Part shown: in pieces, positions 28,693 through 38,217 of the stretch
Layout: every line of letters starts with the position of its first letter
Position numbering within the stretch: position 1 is the first letter of the stretch
Notes under the pieces: generated by a model
What the model saw: only the letters and a program-made list of their open reading frames with translations
Database searches by the model: none
Told to the model about the DNA's origin: nothing
Program-made: the position numbers and the translations under genes
DNA from: Collinsella sp.
GTDB lineage: Bacteria > Actinomycetota > Coriobacteriia > Coriobacteriales > Coriobacteriaceae
Assembly (NCBI GenBank): GCA_048244295.1
Contig: DBFAZJ010000051.1
Coordinates: forward strand, 13,842 to 77,841
DNA: 64,000 nucleotides
Direction of reading: 5' to 3'

Positions 28693-29388
28693 TCACTTCT
28701 CGCGAGAATCAGAAAAAGCCGCAATAACGACGGCAAGCGTCACCTTGATCATGTAGTAAACGGAGCTAAGTCCCCCGATTGAGGATTCTCCGCCTTTGCG
28801 TGCCAGCATGTTTACCGGGACCTCGGAAACCGTAAGACCGTGCTTAACAGCAGATGCTATGGACTCCGGTTCCGGATAATCGCTTGGGTACTCCCGGCAA
28901 AACAGCTCGATTGCCCGAGGACCGCAAGCCCTGAAACCCGAGGTGGAATCAGTAATGATTACCCCCGTGCACCATCTAATCAGAGCGCCAAGCCACGATA
29001 TGCCAACGCGACGCAGAAACGTCGATTTAAACCCGGTTCCGTCCTCAAGAAATCGAGATCCGACCACAAGATCAGAGCCTCTGCCAATCCCGTCAAGAAG
29101 ACGAGGGATATAGCGCGGATCATGCTGTCCATCGCCGTCGACTTGTATATCAACATCGTAACCAAACGCTTTGGCGTATTTATGGCCAGCTTGAACAGCT
29201 CCGCCTATACCCAGGTTCTGAGGAAGATCAAGGACATTAAGCCCCTTATTGCGGCATACCTGAAGTGTATTGTCGGTAGACCCATCGTTAACGACAATGT
29301 AGTCATAGCCGCTGGAAACGACCTTCTCAACAGTAGAGACAATATTTTCCTGCTCGTTATAGGCAGGGATGATCACGAGTACTCTCAA
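28693..29388 (-). CDS. GT2 polyprenyl-phosphate sugar synthase (GacI-like)
   Basis: IIPAYNE, NDGSTD, NLGIGGAVQAG, QVDGDGQH.P, D.TSGFRA, YP.DYPEPE; adjacent to DUF2304. Confidence 0.9.
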   Translation of the reverse strand: MRVLVIIPAYNEQENIVSTVEKVVSSGYDYIVVNDGSTDNTLQVCRNKGLNVLDLPQNLGIGGAVQAGHKYAKAFGYDVDIQVDGDGQHDPRYIPRLLDGIGRGSDLVVGSRFLEDGTGFKSTFLRRVGISWLGALIRWCTGVIITDSTSGFRACGPRAIELFCREYPSDYPEPESIASAVKHGLTVSEVPVNMLARKGGESSIGGLSSVYYMIKVTLAVVIAAFSDSREK

Positions 29389-29417
29389 CGGCTTTCCGTT
29401 CTTAGCTCAACTGCTCG

Positions 29418-32400
29418 TCAGTGTCGACCGCGCAGCGTCCGCACGGTTGCCTTAGCGATTTCCCGTCGGTGTGAGCCCTGCGGCAGCACTCCATCGAACA
29501 CCTTTCGAAGCGGGCTATCCTCAGAGACCGCTCGTTCCGGAGTCGTAACGCGCCTTTCGACCTCTGCACATTCGACGGCCAAGTCACCCCGATCGGGATA
29601 AACCATATCGAGCATAGTCTCATAGAACGGCGTCTGACGAGCATAGAACCAATACAACTCGGCTTGATCGCAAAAACCAAGTTTCCACGGTTTCTCGAAC
29701 CCGGCGTAGTGAAGGATCTTCGGCGTTGAATAAGCGGCCATGTAAGCATCATAGACGTCTGCAGGGGCGAACGAGAATACCTTCTTGATCCTGCCGCCAC
29801 AGTCATTCATGACGTTCCATGCATTGTCCAGATAGGTCACTCTACCCTGACAGTGAGCATTGAGAATGTCTTGATCGTCGTAGATGTATTTGGGCTCAGC
29901 AGCGATCTCGAGCCATTTTTGGAACGGATAAAGCCTGCGCATCTCGGCGGTATTGAGAAGCAAGACCCCAGCTTGGAAATACCCGTACGGATCCTTAAGC
30001 CCCAGCACTTCCTGCGTGTACTTCATACGCTCGCCGTCGTTCATATTCAGGTTGCCGAGATAGTCGATATCGTGCGCAGCCCCGAGCAGGTTATCCCCGA
30101 GTTCGGTTGCATACAGCTCCGCGACATCGCCTCTGACAATGAGATCGGAATCGAGGTACAACACTTTGTCGTAACCAGGAAGCACCTTCTGGATCAGGAA
30201 GCGATAGTACGTCTCGACACTGATGTGCTCGTTGCTCGTCTGAAGGTCATACGCCTTAACCATACCAGCCACGTTAACGAAGCGGACACAGGCGTTTTCA
30301 TAGCGAGAGAAGAATGAACGCATCACGTGCCTATTGTGCTCGGTGAAGTCCTTCTCGAGGATAACAACGTCGTAGAAGCAATTCTTAGAAGCGTTCTCGA
30401 GCATCGAGCAGACCGTGGTTGTCACCATGGGGACGTAGTTATTGTCCGCAGCGAACACAACGGGGATGGCTGGCTTACCCTTGCTATCGGCTGGATCGAG
30501 TACCGGCTCCATCAAATGCTCGGGATGCTCAAAGTGAACGCACTGGAGTTGCTTATGCTTGAGCGCGGGATTAATGCGCTTCTCGTGCGTGAGCCAAATA
30601 TTGAAGAGCCTTTCGGAAAGATGCCCCGGAGTCCGAAGCGTCTCGTGGCTCAGCTTTGAGGTATCCCACCCCATGCAGAACTCATCAAGAATCGGGAACA
30701 TCCATTCGCAATAGCGGAAGAACAGCTCCTTGCGCATGATGTACATATTGCAGAAGCAAGTAAAGTGCCCAGAAATATAGGAATCAACGTCCTCGGAATA
30801 ATCAGGATGAAGCTCCTTGACGATGGCGAGCACACGGTCGAGATCGGCGATCTTCAGATACGGCGCGCGTGAATAATGGTCATAAGGACTCGAATATTTC
30901 TCGGGAAAATTCTCCAAGTCCTTGATGCCGGTGGTCACGATATCGAAGCCGCTTACGCATTCGGCAATGGTCTTGTCGTCCAAACCGTAACGCTTCTGCG
31001 AGCCCCAATCTATATAGCCGTCCATGACCTCACCGTAGGGATTTTCCTCATGCTCTTCGGCCGAGAAGTCAAAATACCTGCGATAGTGACAGAATCCGTA
31101 ATACCGCGCATCCACGTTTTTCCATGCCCAGTATTGTGTGGTGAGCTCACAATACATCGCGTTCTTTAGAGAAATGTTGTCACCAGTATCGTCCTGGAAG
31201 GCCCATAGAAGGCGGCGTCGAGGATTCTTTGCTCCTACTTGCACCGGTTGAAGGATGTTGCTGTGGTACAGGTCGACATCCTTGTGTGTGGTCACAAAGA
31301 TACGTATATCCTGGTTTTCGTGATCGCGACGTCGAGCAATGGTCGGAGAGCAAGCATCGTCCGAAACGCACCAAGCGCTCCTGCGCTCCAAATCAAACAA
31401 GTGTCCACAGGTCTGGGCCCTAAGCGCGGTGAACTCCTTTTGCATCTCTCCGCTTACACAAGACGCAAACGAATCCGCCCATGTATACCAGATGGCGCAA
31501 TCGCTTTTCTCGTTGAAGGGCTTGTTGTTGGAATACAGCTCATATGCGGCATCGCGAGCAAGTCGCATCAGCTGAACTGCGGCGGTATCGTTGCCGAAAA
31601 CAACGGCAAAAGTGCCGGCAGCCTTCTCTTTTTCCGAATTCGCCACTCGGACCAGCCAATCGTTCATAAGAAGGTCCATGAGCTTGGAATAAGAGCCCGC
31701 TGCATAGCAAGAAAGACCGGAACCAGCATAGCCATTGATCGCATCGACACAATCTCGGAACTGCTCACAGAACCGCGCGAACGTGGCTCCATCGATGCGC
31801 CGAGTCCCCGTGATTCCACGGCCGTAGTGGTAATTCAAGAGCCGAATGTCGTTAAAGGACACCTCGGACTTCGCTTTACTCGCCAGAACAAGATACTCAT
31901 AGCAGTCCTCAGCGCGCTCAAGCCGTTTATCGGTCATTGCCGCAAACGCGCTTCGGGCCAGCGAGAGCGAATATGCCCGCTGAGTCACGCGCCAGTCTCG
32001 TGCATAGCCGCCTTCGCAGGTAAATACGATACGAAGAAGATCGTCACGCTCGAGGACCGGCTGATCGGCGTTTACATTGTCCTCAAAAGAGGCGCATGTT
32101 TTCTCATCGGCGCCATCAGGAATAACTTTGATTCCGAAGTGAGCCATATCGTAGGGCGATTGTGCCAACCGCACAGCCATCTGCTCAAGACCATCGGCGG
32201 AGAAGTCGTCATCGGCATCAAGGAATATGACGTAGTCGCCTCGGCACGCCTCGACGCCAGCACGGCGAGCAAGGTGGAGCCCTCCGTTTACCTCAAGGTC
32301 AAGAACCTTGAAGCGATCATCCTTCTTGGCGAACTCATGCGCAATCGAGCTTGTATCATCGGGACTCGCATCGTTAACCACGATGCACTCCCAATCGGGC

Positions 32401-32486
32401 ATGGTTTGATCGGCAATGCTCTGCAAGCAAGCAGGCAGAAACTGGTCGTTCTTGTATGCAGTGACAACAACAGAGAATGTCGGCAC
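29418..32486 (-). CDS. Tri-domain glycosyltransferase GT2 + DUF4422 + GT8
   Basis: GT2 (VNDASPD, FLDADD); DUF4422 (DDTGDNIS.KN..YCELT..YWAWKN, GFCHYRRYF, NMYIM, R..G.LSERL); GT8 (YYRFLI, LYLDSD, YFQAGVLL.N, DQDILN, HYAG..KPW). Confidence 0.92.
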   Translation of the reverse strand: MPTFSVVVTAYKNDQFLPACLQSIADQTMPDWECIVVNDASPDDTSSIAHEFAKKDDRFKVLDLEVNGGLHLARRAGVEACRGDYVIFLDADDDFSADGLEQMAVRLAQSPYDMAHFGIKVIPDGADEKTCASFEDNVNADQPVLERDDLLRIVFTCEGGYARDWRVTQRAYSLSLARSAFAAMTDKRLERAEDCYEYLVLASKAKSEVSFNDIRLLNYHYGRGITGTRRIDGATFARFCEQFRDCVDAINGYAGSGLSCYAAGSYSKLMDLLMNDWLVRVANSEKEKAAGTFAVVFGNDTAAVQLMRLARDAAYELYSNNKPFNEKSDCAIWYTWADSFASCVSGEMQKEFTALRAQTCGHLFDLERRSAWCVSDDACSPTIARRRDHENQDIRIFVTTHKDVDLYHSNILQPVQVGAKNPRRRLLWAFQDDTGDNISLKNAMYCELTTQYWAWKNVDARYYGFCHYRRYFDFSAEEHEENPYGEVMDGYIDWGSQKRYGLDDKTIAECVSGFDIVTTGIKDLENFPEKYSSPYDHYSRAPYLKIADLDRVLAIVKELHPDYSEDVDSYISGHFTCFCNMYIMRKELFFRYCEWMFPILDEFCMGWDTSKLSHETLRTPGHLSERLFNIWLTHEKRINPALKHKQLQCVHFEHPEHLMEPVLDPADSKGKPAIPVVFAADNNYVPMVTTTVCSMLENASKNCFYDVVILEKDFTEHNRHVMRSFFSRYENACVRFVNVAGMVKAYDLQTSNEHISVETYYRFLIQKVLPGYDKVLYLDSDLIVRGDVAELYATELGDNLLGAAHDIDYLGNLNMNDGERMKYTQEVLGLKDPYGYFQAGVLLLNTAEMRRLYPFQKWLEIAAEPKYIYDDQDILNAHCQGRVTYLDNAWNVMNDCGGRIKKVFSFAPADVYDAYMAAYSTPKILHYAGFEKPWKLGFCDQAELYWFYARQTPFYETMLDMVYPDRGDLAVECAEVERRVTTPERAVSEDSPLRKVFDGVLPQGSHRREIAKATVRTLRGRH

Positions 32487-32560
32487 GGTCGTCGCCTTTC
32501 CCGATAATTATCGCGTTACGAAAAAGCCAAGAAATATTGAATAAGTATAGCGCGCCGCAC

Positions 32561-33736
32561 TCAGCCGAATAAACGACCGATGCGATGCACAAGCTTATGA
32601 GCGGGCGGAGCAATAGTCTCAAGGTCGTTCAGATGCCGAAGAGCGGCGCTTTTCATCTGTTGATAGCGCAACGTCCCTTCTCCATTAACGCGCACGTCAA
32701 GGCTTTGCGCTTGATCAGTCAATACGTAAAGCTCGTCATGCTTCTTTGGATACACACCTGAATCATAAAGGCCATACGCCCGGTCGCGCGCAAAGCGCCA
32801 AAGCTCGCCTGCGAAGTCATTTGGAGACCAAGCCTCGCATACGATCTTTATTGCTTCATCTCTGCTCTCGAGCGGGAGATTGTCGGCCATCTCGTTCGCA
32901 ACATGCTCGATCAGATGGTCCCGGACATCGCCGAGCCTCTCTTCCCAGTCGCTTCTGCTATGCACTTCATCAGGCCGAGCAACAAACTCGCGCAGTAGCT
33001 TCAGCGCCTTCGCATCAAGCTCGCTTACCCTCCTAAGTGACTCGAGGCTATACGATCCGCCAAGAGTCTCTCCCCTACCCAAGTGATAGAGGTACCAATG
33101 CTCGTCAACAGCACGGTAGCTCTTCGCCTCCGACGCAAGGATAAAGCTGAGGTACAGGTCGTCCGAAAGCGTCAGACGGACATCCGCAGCTTTTGACCAG
33201 CAACCTCGCGCGAACTCGCCGCGATAGGCTTTATGGTGCACATGCCAATCGAAGCCGTCCTCAAACGCGAATTGCCGAACAAGTATCTCGTCGCCTTGCA
33301 ATAATCTAACGGGAGGGGTCAGGAAGCTCTCCATGCCTGCTGCGGCATCATTTGCTCGATCAGTTTCGGCAAGCACTTTCGCACCGAAGTGAAGAATATC
33401 GACAGGGCACGACACGAATTCCCTGGCAATCCCCAAAAGGCAGCCATCGGATAGGGCGTCGTCCTGATCAAGAAGGAGCACAATATCGCCGTTTGAGGCC
33501 AAAACGCCATCGCGACGCGCTCGTAATGTGCCGCCATTAGTCTGACGATGGAGTATCCGAACACGTGGCTCGAACTCGAAGAGGCCTTCCAGCCCATCTC
33601 CGGAGCACCTCTTGTCGCGATCGTCAACGATGATTGCTTCGACCTCGTTGACCCCTTGGTTGAAGATACTCCCAACACATTCATAGATATTATCCAACCC
33701 ATCGTAAAATGGAATCACTATTGAGAATCGAGGCAT
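32561..33736 (-). CDS. GT2 glycosyltransferase, paralog of the N-terminal domain of the adjacent fusion
   Basis: FSIVIPFY, NGGTLRARRDGV, LLDQDD, YHLGRG, RFARDRAY; GGGAGG RBS before ATG 33736. Confidence 0.88.
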   Translation of the reverse strand: MPRFSIVIPFYDGLDNIYECVGSIFNQGVNEVEAIIVDDRDKRCSGDGLEGLFEFEPRVRILHRQTNGGTLRARRDGVLASNGDIVLLLDQDDALSDGCLLGIAREFVSCPVDILHFGAKVLAETDRANDAAAGMESFLTPPVRLLQGDEILVRQFAFEDGFDWHVHHKAYRGEFARGCWSKAADVRLTLSDDLYLSFILASEAKSYRAVDEHWYLYHLGRGETLGGSYSLESLRRVSELDAKALKLLREFVARPDEVHSRSDWEERLGDVRDHLIEHVANEMADNLPLESRDEAIKIVCEAWSPNDFAGELWRFARDRAYGLYDSGVYPKKHDELYVLTDQAQSLDVRVNGEGTLRYQQMKSAALRHLNDLETIAPPAHKLVHRIGRLFG

Positions 33737-33848
33737 CTGTGACCTCCCGGCACGGCTAAGTTTCGGTTCATTCATCATGAATACCATACGTGCTATTTTC
33801 ACGAACCACTTGAACAACATTCAACCGCAACGAGAATACGGACCCGAT

Positions 33849-36263
33849 ATGGACATCGCTTCGCTTGGTATCTGCCGCGCTAATCACAAGATTTATGAAA
33901 AACTCCGCATCAATGGCCTCGGTCGAAATTCGGCACGAGTCATTTACAAGGACGAGGACGGTGGCAATCTCCCATGCAAGCTCTTTTGCTTAGGCGACGA
34001 TGAGTTTGTCGCAGTTACCCCAGATCTGCCACGCCCATCCGCCCACTACTTCATCGCCGCGGTGACGAGGGGGGGGGTGACAGTCGATTTTTCTGAGCAC
34101 TCAATAGATTTTGATGTTGCAAAGTGGCAATCAAGGCTTAACTATCGGCTGCATAAAGAGCTCTGCTCCGAAATTCGTTGCTACGACGAAAGCCACACGT
34201 TAAGGGACGGTTCGCAGGATTTCGAACTCACAGACATCATTTCCTGCCCCGACCACCTTCAGTTCAGGATGGTCTTTACTTTTCCTGGCGAGAAATCAGG
34301 GGACTTACGACTTCGTATTCAAGATGAGAACCTATCTGTTTTGGCCGATTCCTTCGTAGCCCTTGGCAACGTTAGAGAGATGCCGGAAGGACCTGGGGCC
34401 GACGGGAGGCACCAGATAGCCGTATCCGTCAAACTCCCCTGGGGCATCGACGATATTACGATCAATGCTTGGGAGTCCAAACGTCCTGGGATACAAATTC
34501 AGACCGTTATTTCAGCTCAGTACTGGAGTTCTATCCAGAAACAAAAAGACACCCTGTATTTTAACAACGCCGGTGTCGACCCTTATTATCCCGAGTGGTT
34601 CCGCCTTCATAGGGCAACCCCATACCAGCTCTCCCAACAGCGTAAGGTAACGTTTGGCGAAGAGCCTCTCTTCAGCGTAATTGTTCCGCTTTACAAAACT
34701 CCCGTTAACCTATTTGAAGAGATGATCTCCTCCCTTAGAAGCCAAACATATCCGAAGTGGGAATGTATCCTTGTAAACTCCACGCCCAAAGACGCAGAGC
34801 TCAAAGAACACATCAACGAGGTTGCTTCGATCGACGCAAGGGTCAAGGTAATTGAGCTTCAGGAGAACCTCGGAATCTCTTTGAACACGAATGCGGGCCA
34901 AGCCGCTGCAAAAGGCGATTTCATCTGCTTCTTCGATCATGACGACATAATCGAACCCAACCTGCTCTTTGAATACGCCAAAGCCATCAATAATCACAGT
35001 GACGTAGATTTGCTCTACTGCGATGAGGACAAGCTTCTTCCCGACGGGACTCTCACGAGCCCAAGCTTCAAGAGCGACTTCGATCTTGATCACCTGAGGA
35101 GCAACAATTACATCTGTCACATGCTATGCATCAGGAAAACGCTTCTGGACGCACTCATCCCAAATACCGCGGATAACGATGGAGCGCAGGATCACAACAT
35201 CACACTACAAGCTGCAGAAAAGGCACGTTATATCCATCATGTGCCTCATGTTCTCTATCACTGGCGCGTAACCGAGAACTCTACTTCTGGCAATGCAGGG
35301 ATAAAGCCCTATGCGATAACCGCAGGCATCAAAGCCGTGAAGGCCCATCTTGAGCGCGTCGGAGAAAAAGGAACGGTGACCGAGGGCGCTTTCCCGTTCT
35401 GTTACCGAGTCACCTATGCAGTCCCGGAAAACAAACCTCTGGTTTCGATTGTTATCCCAAATAAAGATCACATCGATTTGCTCGATCGATGCCTCAGCTC
35501 CATCGAGAAGAAGAGCACGTACTCGAATTACGAGATCATCGTCGTTGAGAACAATAGCACTGAAGATAGCACGTTTGCTTATTATGACGGGCTCGCGTCA
35601 CATCCCCGCATCCGAGTAATTCACTGGAATGGCACCGGATTCAATTACTCCCAGCTGATCAACTTCGGGCGAGGGCAGTCTCGTGGTGAATACCTCCTGC
35701 TGCTAAATAACGATACTGAGGTCATCACACCCGATTGGATTGAGCAGCTACTGGGCAACTGCGCCAGACCCAATGTCGGTGCAGTTGGCGCGCGACTCTA
35801 CTATCCGGACGAGACGGTTCAGCACGCGGGAGTCATTCTCGCGAACGATGCGGCGCATTTCTTCCAAGGGCTGCCGCGAGACAACCCCGGAGGTTACTTC
35901 CATCTTTCGACCGTGCAGCGAGGCCTTAGCGCAGTCACTGGTGCGTGCATGATGGTCGGCGTCAACGATTTCGACGCCGTGGGAGGCTATGACCCCTCCT
36001 TTGCCGTGAGCTATAACGATGTGGACTTCTGCCTAAAGCTCCGCAAAGCAGGAAAGCTAATCGTCTACACCCCTTGGGTCGAGTTGTACCACTATGAATC
36101 GGTTTCTCGAGGACGTGACGAGAGCGGATCCGCAAGGACCCGTTATTTCGGAGAAAAAGCCTTGATGATGAGTAAATGGGCTGACGTATTCTCAAAGCCC
36201 GATCCTTATTTCAATCCCAACCTCCGTCAGACTATTCCAGACGCCTGCTACTACAGGTTTTAG
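33849..36263 (+). CDS. Double-GT2 glycosyltransferase (rhamnan/O-antigen biosynthesis type)
   Basis: FSVIVPLYKTP, FFDHDD, YCDEDK, GAQDH, LYHWR; second domain IVIPNKD, LLNNDTEV, QHAG, SAVTGAC, NDVDFCL, HYESVSRG. Confidence 0.92.
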   Translation: MDIASLGICRANHKIYEKLRINGLGRNSARVIYKDEDGGNLPCKLFCLGDDEFVAVTPDLPRPSAHYFIAAVTRGGVTVDFSEHSIDFDVAKWQSRLNYRLHKELCSEIRCYDESHTLRDGSQDFELTDIISCPDHLQFRMVFTFPGEKSGDLRLRIQDENLSVLADSFVALGNVREMPEGPGADGRHQIAVSVKLPWGIDDITINAWESKRPGIQIQTVISAQYWSSIQKQKDTLYFNNAGVDPYYPEWFRLHRATPYQLSQQRKVTFGEEPLFSVIVPLYKTPVNLFEEMISSLRSQTYPKWECILVNSTPKDAELKEHINEVASIDARVKVIELQENLGISLNTNAGQAAAKGDFICFFDHDDIIEPNLLFEYAKAINNHSDVDLLYCDEDKLLPDGTLTSPSFKSDFDLDHLRSNNYICHMLCIRKTLLDALIPNTADNDGAQDHNITLQAAEKARYIHHVPHVLYHWRVTENSTSGNAGIKPYAITAGIKAVKAHLERVGEKGTVTEGAFPFCYRVTYAVPENKPLVSIVIPNKDHIDLLDRCLSSIEKKSTYSNYEIIVVENNSTEDSTFAYYDGLASHPRIRVIHWNGTGFNYSQLINFGRGQSRGEYLLLLNNDTEVITPDWIEQLLGNCARPNVGAVGARLYYPDETVQHAGVILANDAAHFFQGLPRDNPGGYFHLSTVQRGLSAVTGACMMVGVNDFDAVGGYDPSFAVSYNDVDFCLKLRKAGKLIVYTPWVELYHYESVSRGRDESGSARTRYFGEKALMMSKWADVFSKPDPYFNPNLRQTIPDACYYRF
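34069..34077 (+). repeat. G9 homopolymer inside the 5' part of the double-GT2 gene
   Basis: ACG AGG GGG GGG GTG; nine consecutive G, currently in frame. Confidence 0.9.
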
Positions 36264-36273
36264 CTAGCGAAAA

Positions 36274-37191
36274 TCAGAGGGCAAGTGCAGCGAAAACCAG
36301 CCTGAACATCTTTGCCACATACGCAGGAGAAGTAAAGGCGATCGTCGCTAAACAACCGAAAGCTCTTATGAATTCACGAGCTTCAATTCGGCGCATTGCC
36401 AAATTGAAGCTTTCATTTGCGCTCTGATACCTCGACTTTTTTGATTCCGTACTACGATGAGAGACCCACGCTGCAGCAGCATCAAGGTCCACAACCTTCC
36501 CCTGAGCGTACGCATGGGTAAGGTAGCGCATATATAGATATTGGTCATACAGATTGGAGCGAGAGATGCTATCTTCTCCCATCCGATACTTCAACACAAC
36601 GCCTTTTCCATTGCTCAGTTTCTTTCCAGCTAAAGCAGATCTGAGAAGCAAATCATAATCTTCGCAAAGCGGAATGCAGCGATAACCCGATTCAAAAATC
36701 TCCCGCTTCCCTAACCAGGTTGGATGAGGCACGCAATTATTCCATCTTAGAGCCCTGTTGACCTTTTCTGGAGAGCTCGGAAGGTTGTTAACGACATAAA
36801 GGTCCTCTCCCGCACCATCGACAACGATCATTTCGCCTCCGATAAGATCCGCGTCAGCCTCCGTCAGCCAATTAAGCTGGCGCTCGATTCTATCGTTAAG
36901 GGAAATATCATCAGCATCCATACGGCAAATATACTTGCCCGTAGAATGCGTAATTGCGTTGTTCAGAGATTCCGCAAGACCAAGGTTTCGATTATTGAAC
37001 AAGGGGCGAACACGGGAATCTGCATTTGCATATCCTTCTATCAGTTGTCTCAGTTCAATATTGTCAGGCGCATCAAGTGCGATGATGAATTCGAAATCGA
37101 TGAAAGTCTGAGAAAGCACCGAGTCAACCGCCTCGGCAAAGATATTCGGCTTCTCCTTATATGCAGACATAATTACGGAGACGAGAGGCAT
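36274..37191 (-). CDS. GT2 glycosyltransferase
   Basis: VSVIMSAY, NLGLAESLN, RMDADDIS..DR...Q, HPTW, EDYDL.LR. Confidence 0.9.
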   Translation of the reverse strand: MPLVSVIMSAYKEKPNIFAEAVDSVLSQTFIDFEFIIALDAPDNIELRQLIEGYANADSRVRPLFNNRNLGLAESLNNAITHSTGKYICRMDADDISLNDRIERQLNWLTEADADLIGGEMIVVDGAGEDLYVVNNLPSSPEKVNRALRWNNCVPHPTWLGKREIFESGYRCIPLCEDYDLLLRSALAGKKLSNGKGVVLKYRMGEDSISRSNLYDQYLYMRYLTHAYAQGKVVDLDAAAAWVSHRSTESKKSRYQSANESFNLAMRRIEAREFIRAFGCLATIAFTSPAYVAKMFRLVFAALAL

Positions 37192-37208
37192 ATGCTTTCC
37201 TTAACTAC

Positions 37209-38135
37209 TTAGAGAAGACCGAACAAAAAGAACAACCTAAGCGCAAGCTCATCGGTCAGCTTTTGACGCAGACGGTATGGAGTAACAGCTTTTGAGAATC
37301 GATTTCCACGCACAAATCTCTGAACCTTAGCCCGATTGCTAGGTATCATAAGCTGCCCATACAGTTCAAACAGCCGATTCAGTTGAGACGAGATCTTGTC
37401 GAAATCACCTTTCTTGAAAAAGGTATTGATCCTGTACCTCAACAAACCAAAGAAACTCATACCAGTAGGACTGGCATTAGAGCCTGTTCTTCGATAATCC
37501 AAGCAATCAAAATCATCGTGCACAACAGACCCCAGCGCCGAAGCAACTAAGGCAAGCCACCAATCGTGACAATACACGTCTTTTGAGCCCGCACAAACAA
37601 CAATATCGAGAAGCACACGGTTTATAAGACATGTGTTGCCCGAGGTAGGATTCTCATACATTAGATGAGAAAGGTCTACATCGCCGTTCAAAAGATGGGA
37701 TCGTTCGCCTTTGTGCATCTGAGCATCGCAAAACGTATACTCGGCACAGTAATACAGGGGCTTCGACTGGTCAAACCCAGCAACAAGAGCTATAGCACGC
37801 GAAATCTTATCTTTATGCCAAACATCATCCTGATCGCTAAGGAAAACAAAATCTACTCCTGCTGGAACATGAGCTAAGCCGTCCAAAAAAGAGCCGACGA
37901 CTCCCAGGTTTTTGCCTTCGACGAGCTGTATCGCGCCCGTCGAAGCATAAGGACGAAGAGAATCAAGTGTTCGATCAGAGGAACCATCATCGCGGACGAT
38001 AACATAATCAGGTTTTAGTACCTGATCAAAAATGCTATCAAGCTGGTCTTTAACATGCTCCGCACCGTTATAGGTAGACATAACCACTGCAACGACAGGA
38101 GATTTCCCATGGCGTGTTTTATCAATTGATGACAC
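37209..38135 (-). CDS. GT2 rhamnosyltransferase (RfbC/RgpB-like)
   Basis: VVMSTYNG, QLDSI, RDDGSSD, LSDQDDVW..DK, HDWW, YR..G.N. Confidence 0.85.
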   Translation of the reverse strand: MSSIDKTRHGKSPVVAVVMSTYNGAEHVKDQLDSIFDQVLKPDYVIVRDDGSSDRTLDSLRPYASTGAIQLVEGKNLGVVGSFLDGLAHVPAGVDFVFLSDQDDVWHKDKISRAIALVAGFDQSKPLYYCAEYTFCDAQMHKGERSHLLNGDVDLSHLMYENPTSGNTCLINRVLLDIVVCAGSKDVYCHDWWLALVASALGSVVHDDFDCLDYRRTGSNASPTGMSFFGLLRYRINTFFKKGDFDKISSQLNRLFELYGQLMIPSNRAKVQRFVRGNRFSKAVTPYRLRQKLTDELALRLFFLFGLL

Positions 38136-38159
38136 GTGAGCCGCTTTCCGTAAACAAAA

Positions 38160-38190
38160 TGGGTGATGAGCCAAGTTAGCTCATCACCCA
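38160..38190 (-). terminator. Intrinsic terminator after the L,D-transpeptidase gene
   Basis: 12-bp perfect stem TGGGTGATGAGC/GCTCATCACCCA followed by TTTTGTTT on the minus strand. Confidence 0.8.
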
Positions 38191-38217
38191 ATATACCATC
38201 CTGTCAATAAAACAGTA

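Noticed and set aside
21685..36263. Invertible segment bounded by the oppositely oriented GT2 paralogs
   Set aside because: The paralogs are visibly diverged at nucleotide level, with no long identical inverted repeat and no recombinase gene.
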